Sequence record: PZ019085.1
Reading direction: 5' to 3' (one strand)
Length of the DNA: 64,000 bases
Source of the DNA: a phage
In this document: positions 9,143 to 20,100 of the stretch, one piece after another
How the letters are laid out: each line of letters starts with the position of its first letter
How positions within the stretch are numbered: the first letter of the stretch is position 1
The notes under the pieces: model-generated
Told to the model about the DNA's origin: nothing
The model's database searches: none
What the model saw: the letters and a program-made list of their open reading frames with translations, nothing else
Program-made: the position numbers and the translations under genes

Positions 9143-9600
9143 AATCATTTAAAGAACGTTTAGAGCTATTAGATTTGGCCTTGTCTCGTGAGACTCCTGA
9201 AAGTCTAGCAGAAAAATTCCAGTCCTACGGTTATAATTATTCTGCTGATGATATAATGAATGAAGTTCCTGAAATCTGTTGGCAAACATGCTATTGGAAT
9301 AATGACCAAAAAGTTCAACGTGTTATAGTATGTGCAGCCAATAGGTTTAAATTGAAGAGTGGTGGAACTCTGGTTATTCCTGGAGTTCGTCATTACTCTA
9401 AAGATATGGCTGAAGTACTTGATATAGTTGGTCCTCAATTAGTCTCACAACAAGTTTGTGGTGACGACCAAGGCTTTATCGACCAATACTCTAATTACTG
9501 GACTCGTGAAGAAGCAATGATTATTGCAACATATGCTGGACAGGTGCGTATTGAACGTGGCGGAAGTGAGAAAGAACTTTATTCAGAGGACCTTTATTAA
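9139..9600 (+). CDS. Hypothetical protein
   Basis: 153-aa ORF, ATGA overlap with upstream ORF. Confidence 0.55.
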   Translation: MKSFKERLELLDLALSRETPESLAEKFQSYGYNYSADDIMNEVPEICWQTCYWNNDQKVQRVIVCAANRFKLKSGGTLVIPGVRHYSKDMAEVLDIVGPQLVSQQVCGDDQGFIDQYSNYWTREEAMIIATYAGQVRIERGGSEKELYSEDLY

Positions 9601-9881
9601 TGAATATTAAACAACTCCAGAAAGATGCTATTGAAACACGTATCCAAGATATCAAACGTCTTAATCATATGATGGAAGAAAACTATGGTATGTATGCTAA
9701 TCAGCCTGGTTGGGATGCTTTAGATCATCCTTATTTGGTCAATTTATGTAAAGGTGATAAGTTAGCAATTATTCGTGACGGGTTAAAACCTTTCTTGCGT
9801 GACATGTATATTAAAATGAACGAAGAAATTATTAGCTCGTTGCAATATCAATTAAGGAAATTAGATGATGAGAATAATTGA
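9600..9881 (+). CDS. Hypothetical protein
   Basis: 93-aa ORF, TAATG coupling. Confidence 0.5.
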   Translation: MNIKQLQKDAIETRIQDIKRLNHMMEENYGMYANQPGWDALDHPYLVNLCKGDKLAIIRDGLKPFLRDMYIKMNEEIISSLQYQLRKLDDENN

Positions 9882-10083
9882 TTCTAAAGCAGATTATTTT
9901 AATTCTGTTAATGATAAGAATAAAGCTTTAATTCGCCACTTTATTACTGAGATGGGTTATACTGACTCTAAAGATTTGAAAGAGCACATTATCGAATGTT
10001 CTGTGGCTAAAAAGTTTTCTTTTACCGATAAATGCTTAAATGAGGTTATAAATCATTATGAACAATCTTGTAGCAAAACATGA
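9865..10083 (+). CDS. Hypothetical protein
   Basis: 72-aa ORF. Confidence 0.45.
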   Translation: MMRIIDSKADYFNSVNDKNKALIRHFITEMGYTDSKDLKEHIIECSVAKKFSFTDKCLNEVINHYEQSCSKT

Positions 10084-10166
10084 TTTCAATAAGGCTTCTG
10101 TCCATAAGGACAAGAAGAAATCAGAACTTCAATCTAAACGCAAACAAAAACATAAGGGTAAAGACT

Positions 10167-10466
10167 ATGCTTACTAAAATCAAAGAAAATCCTGCCACTG
10201 AACTTGTTATTCGATGTGAAGAACTTGCAGAGCTTTATCAGGTTAACCGAGAAGTGTATCGTAGTGTTGTTGCGGATATGGCAGACGAAGTATGTTCTCG
10301 TATTCCTTTTAGTGTTGATTTCAATCACATGAAGCCTGGTGAAATCACTATCGTCTTTGGTTCCGACTATACTGAAGAACGGGCTCTTAATGCCCTAGAA
10401 TATGAAATGTCGTTCTTCGACATACAGGACTACATTGATAGTTATAAGGAACGATATGAGTCATAA
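10167..10466 (+). CDS. Hypothetical acidic protein, possibly Arn-like (anti-restriction); start moved to internal ATG
   Basis: ORF 10080..10466 trimmed to ATG 10167 (~99 aa); acidic composition; in T4 arn lies next to asiA. Confidence 0.35.
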   Translation: MLTKIKENPATELVIRCEELAELYQVNREVYRSVVADMADEVCSRIPFSVDFNHMKPGEITIVFGSDYTEERALNALEYEMSFFDIQDYIDSYKERYES

Positions 10467-10617
10467 TCTTCAGAACGTAGTAGAGGCCGAACGTGAGCGT
10501 GAGGCTTTAGTCTATAATGAACTATTAGTTCCGTTCTTGGTCTTACACTCGTACGAACAGGAAGACTACGCCAATTACGTTAAAAGCGTAGAAAAAGCTG
10601 TTTACAATCAACACTGA
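10456..10617 (+). CDS. Small hypothetical protein
   Basis: Internal ATG of ORF 10402..10617 overlapping upstream stop. Confidence 0.3.
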   Translation: MSHNLQNVVEAEREREALVYNELLVPFLVLHSYEQEDYANYVKSVEKAVYNQH

Positions 10618-10663
10618 TAATGGTACTATATCCATATCAACTAAGTAGAATGAATAAAACGTT

Positions 10664-10936
10664 ATGAATAAAGATATTGAAATTGTACGTGAAATTATTA
10701 CTATTGCTTCTATTTTGATTAAATTCTCTAGGGAAGATATTGTTGAAGACCGAGCAAGTTTCATCGGATTCTTGAATGAGATTGGAATTAAAAAAGATGG
10801 TCGGCAGCTAAATCAGAATTCTTTTAGAAAACTAATTACAAATTTAACTGCCGAAGAAAAGAAAACACTGATTAGTGAATTCAATGAAGGTTTTGAAAAT
10901 ATTTATCGTCATTTAGCGATGTATTCTAACAACTAA
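10664..10936 (+). CDS. asiA: Anti-sigma70 protein AsiA
   Basis: 90 aa; near-identical to T4 AsiA (MNK…REIIT…ASILIKFSREDIVE…). Confidence 0.92.
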   Translation: MNKDIEIVREIITIASILIKFSREDIVEDRASFIGFLNEIGIKKDGRQLNQNSFRKLITNLTAEEKKTLISEFNEGFENIYRHLAMYSNN

Positions 10937-11599
10937 TTATTTAGCCCTTCCTAGTATTCGGATCGCTTGGTTGCATATAGCCGCTAAGCGATCTTCCTCA
11001 AGTATATTATTATTCCCCTTATACCAATACATCGCCACAGTTCCAGCATAGATGTTATCCAAATTAAAGTATGGACAACTATACATATAAGAAAGTTCGG
11101 CAGTCTTAGATTTTGTAGGCAAAAATGCAAATTCTGATTTAGATGAGAAATGACGGCCACTTAAATGAATTATATATTCATCGGCCGTTTTATCCACTGG
11201 GAATCCGCCAAGGGACTTTTCAGAAATTGTGCTAGGTAGTTTGCCTTCATAAGCTATAAGGTCGACAAAATAATTTAAGTTTTTAGGTCTGAAAGAATAC
11301 ACAGCACTAAAATCTGCACCAGATGAGATATGAACTATTTGCAGTTGTTCTAGAGCCGCAGATTCAAAACGTAAAGCTCGTTCTTTTTGGATTATTTCAG
11401 TATAAGTATCATACTTAGCTCTTACATAATAATCCAGCAAAATACTTCCTTTGTACCATATTAGTGCCATTAGGAACAAAAGAATAATTACCGCTACTCG
11501 GGACATTAAAACCTTTCCAGTAGCGTTATCTTTGAAAATACGATCTAGCAACCCAAATAGAATATCACTAAGCGAAAATGATACTTTTGGTGTTGCCAT
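10937..11599 (-). CDS. t: Holin T
   Basis: 220 aa (T4 218); N-terminal TM segment; position after gene 38. Confidence 0.9.
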   Translation of the reverse strand: MATPKVSFSLSDILFGLLDRIFKDNATGKVLMSRVAVIILLFLMALIWYKGSILLDYYVRAKYDTYTEIIQKERALRFESAALEQLQIVHISSGADFSAVYSFRPKNLNYFVDLIAYEGKLPSTISEKSLGGFPVDKTADEYIIHLSGRHFSSKSEFAFLPTKSKTAELSYMYSCPYFNLDNIYAGTVAMYWYKGNNNILEEDRLAAICNQAIRILGRAK

Positions 11600-11608
11600 A
11601 ATACCTCC

Positions 11609-12160
11609 TTACTTAAAGATATTTATAATCGCTTTGACAATAGATTTGTTTTCAAGGTCAGGGAATTTAGGGAATTCACAGCCAAGATGTTCATGTTTTT
11701 CTAAAAGGGCAAAGAATTTTTTGAGCTCTTTAAATTTTCGTTTTTCTTCTCTATTAGCAACCTCTGCGTCAATAAGAGAACTTAAAACACTGAATAATTT
11801 ATAGAGTTCATGAATTTTCTTATCACGTTGAACTACGCGTTTATATGCTTCATCTTCCTTCCACCCGTCGCCGGTCCAAATGTCAAATTCACCAGGTTCT
11901 TCTGTAGTAACATTTTGAAGAGCACCTGGGGTGTCAATAACAATTTTTTGCTTATCATAAGTCCATACTGTTTTTCCACGATGGTCTTCAACATATACCC
12001 ATTCTTGCTCGCGTTCGTCAAATATAACAGCATAGCCTTCTTTAGGGTCTAAAGGTTTTTTTGGTGTTGAATGAGCCGGAAATCCTACGCCTTTTAATGG
12101 TTTATAATTTTCTTCTTTGTAAAATTCTTTAGTGTCAAAATAATAATGATAGAGTTTCAT
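11609..12160 (-). CDS. 38: Long tail fibre assembly chaperone gp38 (T4-type)
   Basis: 183 aa (T4 183); downstream of gene 37. Confidence 0.85.
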   Translation of the reverse strand: MKLYHYYFDTKEFYKEENYKPLKGVGFPAHSTPKKPLDPKEGYAVIFDEREQEWVYVEDHRGKTVWTYDKQKIVIDTPGALQNVTTEEPGEFDIWTGDGWKEDEAYKRVVQRDKKIHELYKLFSVLSSLIDAEVANREEKRKFKELKKFFALLEKHEHLGCEFPKFPDLENKSIVKAIINIFK

Positions 12161-12168
12161 ATTATAAA

Positions 12169-12186
12169 AAGGGACCGAAGTCCCTT
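12169..12186 (-). other. Tetraloop stem-loop in the gene 37-38 intergenic region
   Basis: AAGGGAC-CGAA-GTCCCTT on + strand (UUCG loop on - strand). Confidence 0.45.
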
Positions 12187-12190
12187 CTCC

Positions 12191-15100
12191 TTATGCTAAA
12201 CGAACGATATAGTTAAAAGCAACGTTTTTAACAGTGTTTTCTGTATTTCCTGTGGCATTTACAGTTATTGTATGTCCATGGGAACCAATTGCAACAGTAT
12301 GAGAATGAGCACCAATACCTACAGTATGAGAATGAGCACCAATACCTACCGTATGAGCATGGTTACCTGTAGTGCTTGTAGTACCAGACCAACTATGAGT
12401 ATGGTTACCTTCTGTTGACGACTTTGCAATATATTGGCTTGTGCCAGGCACGACACCGTTGCTTAGGCCAAAACCAACAACCTGAGACCCACTAATTAGA
12501 GTAGCCCCATTAGGAAATATCCCGGTCGGTTGGTTACTAGGTCCTCTTGGGCCTGTCTGTGAGTGCTGGTGGTTACCAGCGGCACTAGTATTACCACTCA
12601 CTGTATGGTTATGGTTACCAGTGGTATTACTGGTCTTAGTACCATAATCAAAGCTTGAAGTCGTTTTGCTACCGTAATCAAAACTTGACGTATTTTTAGT
12701 ACCCAAATCTGTGCTTGATGCACTTGCACTATGGCTATGTGACTTAACACCGTCTGCTTCTGTACTTAATACAGCACGCCCAGATGGTTTACCCTTGATA
12801 GTTTGACCACGCATATCAGGCAGTGCGCCGGAAGGATACACAGCAGCTAACTTAGGATACAAGTCAGCATCAAATGTTTGCCCTTCCATTATGGCATAAC
12901 CTTCAGGAGGTGTATCAGTAGGCCAAGGAATCGGAGCACCAATTGGATAACTCGACACAATATCCGTCTTAAGGTTATTTATTGTGGTATTCAAGTTAGC
13001 AAAATTACCAGAACCACCAGTAATATTACCATCAGTTCCTAGTTGTGCATCTCCGACTTTAAGAGGTTTACTGACTTCCACGAAATTATCGCTTATAACA
13101 AGACCGTGTCCATACGATTGGCTATAAAGTGATAAATCATTTCCAGAACCACCAAGACCAACATACCAAGATCTAGTTCCAGCTTTAGAACCCTGCAAAT
13201 AATTAGCAGAAGAAGATGAAGGAGAATCTAGAGTAAGCGCTGCATTACGTTCATTAATAGTTACTGGACATATCATTTTAATAGTTTTAAGACTATTACT
13301 TACTTGTAATAATCCTGTACCGGATCCAGAATCCCCCAAATGAACATCATGCGACATTTTAACTGTGCCGGTGTTCAGTTCTATTATCAATGGTCTAAGA
13401 TTACTTATACCGCCTGATTCTCCAGCATCTTTAGGAGTAGGGATAATATAAAGATTACTTTCTGAACGACGGAAAATAGCCCCGTATTCAGCATTCCAAA
13501 TTCTTAATGCATCAGCTGTTCCACCAATTTTAACTTGTCCAGTAATAGAAGAACCACCTTGTAAAAACAAGCCGTTCTTCATTGTAACATTGCCACCAAA
13601 AGAACCTGTACCGGAGGCACTTATATTACCAAGGCCTACGATATGGCCTGTTTCGACAGTTCCGTTAAATTTAAAGTTAACCGGACCTACTGTTTCACCA
13701 GAAGCCGGGTTGGTACGTTGAGCATAAAAATAATAACCTTGTGAATCTGATACTTCAAATACAGTTTCTCTATTACCCTTTTCAGCGTTAAATGAGTTAC
13801 CCCATGCTTTAATGGTTACAGTATTTTTATTCTGACCATTACGAGTACCTGCATCCCAGTTAATGGGTTTTGTCCCGTCAACACCTGTAGGCGCTTTAAA
13901 TGACAAAGCATTGGTATTGTCATCACCTGATAAAAATAACCCAGTACGCATTGAAATACGTTGGGTTGAGTCAAATGTACCATCTGCTCTAATAGCAACC
14001 TTATTGGAACTGGTTTTAATATCTAAAATGCCAGGCTCAACAAGAAGCCCATCACCCATACTAACGGACATACGGCCAGTGCCACGGAAATAGTGATACA
14101 TCTTGGCATTGCTACTATAGCCAATATGAGTCTGACCGTCACCGTTATTATTACCATCAACATCGGTACGCGCAGTAAACATTGCTTGGTTGTTATTTGG
14201 GTAATCCCAAGTAGAACCAGAATCTCGACTATAACCAACCATCAATTTTTTAGTACTGTTAATACCGTTATTAAGAATAGTGCCGGCAGAAATACCATTC
14301 GCAACTAAATCGATAACCCCGTCACGAACCCATTTAATACCGGTATCATTGTCACCAATTGCAATACCTTTACCAAACGAAACCAATGGATAACGTCCTT
14401 GGTCACCAACATCAGCAAGACCTATACCTATCGAATTAGCAACAGACATACGCCCATCTGTGGTATAAGACCATTGATAAACTTCAGCATTACGTCCCGT
14501 CCAATACGAAATATTCTGTGGTTTACCTGAACGAGCATCAGCAACTTCATGGAAAATAGCAGAAGAAACATGTCCGCGGAATTTACGAAGGTAGTTTATA
14601 CCATTAGTATCCAAATCTGTTTCGGTTGGAGTATACTGCCAAGTCGGTAGTGAAACTAAATCATATGCAGTATCAATATTAGTGTCCCAAGATTTAGTGC
14701 TCACATTGATATTTTTGGTAATAACTTTAGGACCAATTAAAGAACCAGCTTTAGTTTCAATATTACTTTGAGTAACTAAATATCCATTAGATACTAATAA
14801 ACTTCCGGAATCAACTTGAAAATTACCGTTTCGATTAAAAGTCCAGTATTTTGAAGTCCCGGTTTCATCAATATAATGGAATTTAAAACTACCTTCGTTT
14901 ACTAATGTACCAGCAGAAAAAGTTCCATCTTTATAGCGTTGTTTAATCAGTGGATGGTATTCTGAAACAGAAGTAGTTGAACTTAAATCTGTAAAGATAG
15001 GGGCTTTATTCGAATGTTGGTTAGCCCAAGCGCCATTTCCAGTGGTTTTAGGTAAAAATTCAATGTATTTTCCTGCATAAACAAACTGATTTCCATTGAG

Positions 15101-15325
15101 ATTATATGTGCCGTTTTGTAAATAATCACCAGTTTGAGTTACATTACCGTTAATATCCCCACCCTTAGCAAAGCCTAGGCTAATAATATTACCGAGGTCA
15201 TCTTTAGTAAAAAGAGTTCGATCTTTTAAGTTTATCGCTAATTCGCCTTCGGCTAATTGTGCTGCAGTAGGATTAACTCCTGCTACTTTGCTTCTTTTAA
15301 ATTGTATCTGTTTTAATGTAGCCAT
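12191..15325 (-). CDS. 37: Long tail fibre distal subunit gp37 (receptor-binding tip with HxH repeats)
   Basis: 1044 aa; C-terminal HxH repeats (GIGAHSHTV) and …NYIVRLA end as in T4 gp37. Confidence 0.9.
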   Translation of the reverse strand: MATLKQIQFKRSKVAGVNPTAAQLAEGELAINLKDRTLFTKDDLGNIISLGFAKGGDINGNVTQTGDYLQNGTYNLNGNQFVYAGKYIEFLPKTTGNGAWANQHSNKAPIFTDLSSTTSVSEYHPLIKQRYKDGTFSAGTLVNEGSFKFHYIDETGTSKYWTFNRNGNFQVDSGSLLVSNGYLVTQSNIETKAGSLIGPKVITKNINVSTKSWDTNIDTAYDLVSLPTWQYTPTETDLDTNGINYLRKFRGHVSSAIFHEVADARSGKPQNISYWTGRNAEVYQWSYTTDGRMSVANSIGIGLADVGDQGRYPLVSFGKGIAIGDNDTGIKWVRDGVIDLVANGISAGTILNNGINSTKKLMVGYSRDSGSTWDYPNNNQAMFTARTDVDGNNNGDGQTHIGYSSNAKMYHYFRGTGRMSVSMGDGLLVEPGILDIKTSSNKVAIRADGTFDSTQRISMRTGLFLSGDDNTNALSFKAPTGVDGTKPINWDAGTRNGQNKNTVTIKAWGNSFNAEKGNRETVFEVSDSQGYYFYAQRTNPASGETVGPVNFKFNGTVETGHIVGLGNISASGTGSFGGNVTMKNGLFLQGGSSITGQVKIGGTADALRIWNAEYGAIFRRSESNLYIIPTPKDAGESGGISNLRPLIIELNTGTVKMSHDVHLGDSGSGTGLLQVSNSLKTIKMICPVTINERNAALTLDSPSSSSANYLQGSKAGTRSWYVGLGGSGNDLSLYSQSYGHGLVISDNFVEVSKPLKVGDAQLGTDGNITGGSGNFANLNTTINNLKTDIVSSYPIGAPIPWPTDTPPEGYAIMEGQTFDADLYPKLAAVYPSGALPDMRGQTIKGKPSGRAVLSTEADGVKSHSHSASASSTDLGTKNTSSFDYGSKTTSSFDYGTKTSNTTGNHNHTVSGNTSAAGNHQHSQTGPRGPSNQPTGIFPNGATLISGSQVVGFGLSNGVVPGTSQYIAKSSTEGNHTHSWSGTTSTTGNHAHTVGIGAHSHTVGIGAHSHTVAIGSHGHTITVNATGNTENTVKNVAFNYIVRLA

Positions 15326-15333
15326 AAGTCCTC

Positions 15334-15999
15334 TTAATAATAGCCGAAATCTTGAACAGAATCTTTAATTACAATCTGGTCGAAACGAGGAACATGATTA
15401 GCCTCGGATGCCGGATTCTGTGAGAAAAAGTTTGGTGCTGTTAAAGTACCAGTCATGGTATCGCCTTTACGCAATACACGAGAATTTGCGTTATCCGTAA
15501 CAATATTTATTCGTCCATCAACATAATCTTTTCTTGTGAGATCATTTGCTGCAACCGGAGCAGTCATATCGCTTCTTACTTGTCCTGAAGCAGATACAAC
15601 GCCTTTTGTACTAATATCACCATTACGTGCATTAATTACAACAGTTCGAGCTGCTGAACCTTGCGATGATTTAAAACCAATACCATTCCACGAAACAATA
15701 TCGATATTTGCTACAGCAAAAGTAGCATTATCACCGTTGCCTGGGAAAATACCGCTTTGATTTGTGTTATTTACGGCATAAGGTACTTGTACACCGTTAT
15801 TAAATGTTACTCGAGCGGCATACGTACCACCATTTGCTTTAGAAACGAAATCATTATCAGCAGCTTGTGGCTTATTATATTCTGAATAGAGTTTAAACGT
15901 TTTATACAGGACGTCATCACCTGCTGGCATTAAAGGGAAATTACCTTGATGCCATATAACAGCACCGCCAGTTGTACTACCAGCTTTTAAATCGGCCAT
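15334..15999 (-). CDS. 36: Long tail fibre subunit gp36
   Basis: 221 aa (T4 221); synteny. Confidence 0.85.
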   Translation of the reverse strand: MADLKAGSTTGGAVIWHQGNFPLMPAGDDVLYKTFKLYSEYNKPQAADNDFVSKANGGTYAARVTFNNGVQVPYAVNNTNQSGIFPGNGDNATFAVANIDIVSWNGIGFKSSQGSAARTVVINARNGDISTKGVVSASGQVRSDMTAPVAANDLTRKDYVDGRINIVTDNANSRVLRKGDTMTGTLTAPNFFSQNPASEANHVPRFDQIVIKDSVQDFGYY

Positions 16000-16023
16000 A
16001 GTTGTCTCCTTATATGTATACCA

Positions 16024-16031
16024 TATTTATA
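16024..16031 (-). promoter_or_regulatory. Late promoter (TATAAATA) for gene 36
   Basis: Reverse complement of TATTTATA; 25 nt upstream of gene 36 start. Confidence 0.6.
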
Positions 16032-16038
16032 CAAAAAT

Positions 16039-16056
16039 GGGAGACCGAAGTCTCCC
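16039..16056 (-). terminator. Terminator after gene 35 (GGGAGAC-UUCG-GUCUCCC on - strand)
   Basis: 7-bp stem, tetraloop, then T-rich tract on - strand; just upstream of gene 36 late promoter. Confidence 0.6.
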
Positions 16057-16061
16057 TAAAT

Positions 16062-17189
16062 TTATTCTGATGCTTCTTTAAATTCTTGTCCAAATACCTT
16101 ACCAGTATCAGTTGAAGATTGAGTAGGTAGTGTCATTATGTCTGGAGTATTTAAAGATTCTGAAACATAATTTACACGAATACCATTTATACCAAACTCG
16201 GCAGGTTTTGAAACGCTTCCATTACATGATACTTCAGTGAATATAACGTTTCTTAATCCACCTTGCCCGACTGGAGCTGTACGATAACAATAAATCGTGA
16301 ACCCGTCAGCACCAGCAGGAATTTCTATGTAGTCTTCATATATCTTCCATTCACCTGCACCCCCATCAAAGTTTATATCCTTAAACGAAATAGGTGAAGT
16401 AGAAGGAGATTTAAAGAAACGAATAGAAAGTCGTGTCGTCCCTTGTGCTAACAAATCGGCATCGGCCATTAGTTGGAATTTCATATAAAGGAAATCTCCA
16501 GGCTTCAATTTATACCCAGCGAGAGGTGTAATAATGGATGTTGTAGGCATCCTTTTAATTTCATTATTAGTACCTCCAATGGCAGATAAAAATGTGTCTG
16601 TCGATTCGTACGTACGTCTAGGGAAGCCGGTAGCACCAATATCATCAATCGTGTCGTACACAACATCAAGTGGTGTACTATAGTCGGTTGAAGTTTTCTT
16701 ATTACTATACTTAATATGTTCTAGTGCTATAGCATTCTTACCAGAAATATAAAATGCCGAATAGGAAATGTCCACTATATTTAAAACTTGTTGAGCTAAT
16801 GGAATAACAGAACTCCCAGCTTTAGTAAACCATGCGAGAACTTCAGGTGGAAAGTTTGTTTTAGCGTTAGTAACAAGAGCAAATATAAAATTTGAAGCAT
16901 ATGTGTCCATGTAAGTAACAAATGCACTTGACGTGGCGTCGTTTTCAGTAGAGAAATTATATGACTTAGATTCAACTACTGCACCTGTTGTAGGATTTAT
17001 TACACGAACGTTTAATCCAACGGAAAAAACCTGGGACCCAAGTGGATTATCTTGAAACTTAATATAAGCAGGAGATGTTGATAGCGGGCAAGATCCCGCT
17101 ATGCTTAATTTAAATCGTACTGAATTGCTTTCCGATAAAAATGGCGTTTGGACGTATCCTTGTCCAAACTTAGCCATAAATTTTTCCAT
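16062..17189 (-). CDS. 35: Long tail fibre hinge subunit gp35
   Basis: 375 aa (T4 372); synteny. Confidence 0.85.
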   Translation of the reverse strand: MEKFMAKFGQGYVQTPFLSESNSVRFKLSIAGSCPLSTSPAYIKFQDNPLGSQVFSVGLNVRVINPTTGAVVESKSYNFSTENDATSSAFVTYMDTYASNFIFALVTNAKTNFPPEVLAWFTKAGSSVIPLAQQVLNIVDISYSAFYISGKNAIALEHIKYSNKKTSTDYSTPLDVVYDTIDDIGATGFPRRTYESTDTFLSAIGGTNNEIKRMPTTSIITPLAGYKLKPGDFLYMKFQLMADADLLAQGTTRLSIRFFKSPSTSPISFKDINFDGGAGEWKIYEDYIEIPAGADGFTIYCYRTAPVGQGGLRNVIFTEVSCNGSVSKPAEFGINGIRVNYVSESLNTPDIMTLPTQSSTDTGKVFGQEFKEASE

Positions 17190-17197
17190 AATACCTC

Positions 17198-20100
17198 TTA
17201 TTCAATCCACTCGAATTTAACGGATTTATTCACAGGGTCTGGAATAATGCGGACATTACCAATCCTTAAGAAATCCCTTATTGTCAAGTTTCCGATTGTT
17301 GCATTATCAGAAGGTAAAGCGCCAATATCAGAAGGTTGAGGAGGGTTTCCACCATCAAATACCTGAACAAAACTTGACCAAGAATTTTTAGTTTTCTGCC
17401 ATGTACGTGTCCAACGGGTTGTACGTGCTTCTGGAGTTGTCGGATAAGTAATCCAATCTTGGTAAAGCGAATCAAGCGTATTACCAAACTGAGTCAATGT
17501 ACCAGGAGATTTAACTTCTTCACCACGTTCTAAGTATGGAAGTCCAGTCACTTCATTAGTTTTTTCAACCATTTTAAAATAACCTGGGAACTGGTTATAA
17601 GTGGCTGAATCGTTAATATCTATTGACCAGAATCCTACAGTATCAGATGTTGGTGCACGGGTATATAAATCAGATGTTTTAGTACCCTGAGAACGAATTC
17701 TCGAGTTAACAGTTAAACCACCTGAATTTATAGTAGCACCTTTGGCGATGATTAAGCTTTCACCAATCGTTACTTGACCAGATGCATTATTAATAGCCAA
17801 AGGACGTAATCCATTAAATCCGCCGGTCTGATCACCAGATGCAGTGAGCATAAAATAGGTATTAGCAGCATCATTACGAATAAAGAATCCGTAATCACCG
17901 TTTATTGCTCTGAAAGCATTTGCAGACTTGCTGATGAATTCGCCATTAGCAGTAACTGAACTACCAAATGTTGCTACGCCATTCGCATTCAATGAACCCG
18001 AAGCGTTAACATTTATTGGCATTACAGTACCATTAATGCTAAACGTTATATTACCAGCTTTATTACGTTGAGAATAAAAGTGATTAGACGTTTCATCGCC
18101 AACTTCAAATACGGTAGAACGTGTTGTATCTGAACCACCACCAAACTGATTTCCCCAAACTCTGATAGTCATCGTCTGTACTGGGTTAGTTCCAGTCTGA
18201 GGTCCTTTTTCAAAAATCAGACGAGTTGCCGTTCCAGTATTAGAAATAGTTAATGTACTATTTGCCGAAACTGATCCACCAAACGTAGCGGTACTAGATG
18301 ATACAAGAGGGGCACTCAGATTTGTTTGTTGGGTTAAGGTTAGTGAACCATTAACCGTCTGTGCAATGTCCCTACGAATGAACTGAGATGAATCTAGGCC
18401 ATCCAATAAATTCGTGTCGGCAGCTTTTGCTTTTAATGGCAAGTAATTTGCTAATACACGGTTTAATTCATACGGTGATACTGCATAGCTATTTTTCTCG
18501 TATAGCTCTAAGTTCTGTGTAGAACCGACTGTATCATTACCAACGAATGTAATTGAACCGGATGAAGTTTTAACAAAACCTCTTATCGCCGTAGTAGCAG
18601 CCCATGTCGGTTCACTCTGCACAATCCATTTTAAATTTTTTGGAGATACAGCAGTATTTGCTGACGTTCCTGTTACAGTTTCAGCCCGAGTAGCAACCTT
18701 AATTACGCCTTCAGACGTTTCAGTGGACTTAGTCCCTAAAAGCTTTTTAGGAGTAATAAGAACATCATCTAAAGTTCCTGCATTAGATTCTGCCTGGGTC
18801 GCTACGCGAAGTGTACCACGTTGTGTTTCATTTGCTTTAGAAATATCAAGAGTATAATGGTTCCACAAGGTTCCTTCTTCAATAAGTCCGGAATCAGAAT
18901 TAACACTGGTACGGTCAGAAGAATCAAAATGAGTTTTAATTTTCAGTGGAGTCGAGATACGAGTATCATCAGTTCCAGTATCAAATTCAACTTGCGTAGC
19001 AATTTCGGCTATGCCGGATAATCCTTCCGTCGCTCTCCTATCATTTAACGTCTTAGGCGTTACTGCACGTGTATAATCAGTCCCAGCATTAGTTTCTGCT
19101 TGCGTAGCAATTTCAATTAAACCAATACGTCCATCAGTAGAAGTTTTCTTATGTAGTGTTTCAGGAGTTACTACAGCGTGAGAATAACCTGCTTGTGATT
19201 GACCAGCAATTACTTCACTATCAACAGCTAAAATTACTGCACCTTGTTGAGCATAAGTTGCTTTATATTGGTCAAGGGCTTTAGGAGAAATAGTTAAATT
19301 ATTTACGGTTTTATTATAAACGTTAGTGCCTGCAGTGCCACGAGTTTCAGCAGGAGTAGCAGAAGTAGTCGATACATATTTAACTATACCAGACAGCGTT
19401 TCAGAGCCCTGACGTGCCTGCAATTTCTTAGGTGTAATAATCGTTGTGTCATCAAGACCAGCATCGGTTTCGGTCTGAGTAGCAATTTCAGCAAGACCGC
19501 GACGAGTTTCAGTTGCTGTACGTTCATTTAGTTTTTTAGGCGTAACAATAGTATCGTCCACAAATGATGCTGTGGAATTCTGGTTAACTTGCGCTGTTGT
19601 AGCAATTTTGGCGATACCACGTCGAGATTCAGTTGCTGTACGATTTGCCAATGTTTCAGGAGTAATAGCAACTTCTTTAGCTGGAGTATTCTCTAAATCA
19701 ACATTTGCTTGCGCTTGAGTAGCAAGAGCAATAACACCTAAACGAGCTCGTGTAGCATCAGATCCAGCATCAACACGTTCTACCGTAGGGACGTTTTGTT
19801 GAACAACCCAATAACGTGTACCAGCAACGGTGTCTTCGATATACGATAATTCTAATACAGGAACATATGAAGTAGTGCCATTGAATTCTAGTTCAGTAAC
19901 AGAGACCCATTGAGCATCAGGTGGATATTCAGAACGTTTAGGGAACTGAAGCAATGCAACAGAAGAAGCAATTGTATCACCAGTAGCTGCTTTAATTTTT
20001 ACTGTTTGGCCTTTACGCATGTAGTTCATTGAAATTTTAACAGTGTCACCACTCAAAATTCCGGTAGGCAGCGTAAGATTAATAGTTCCAGTTGTAGCAT

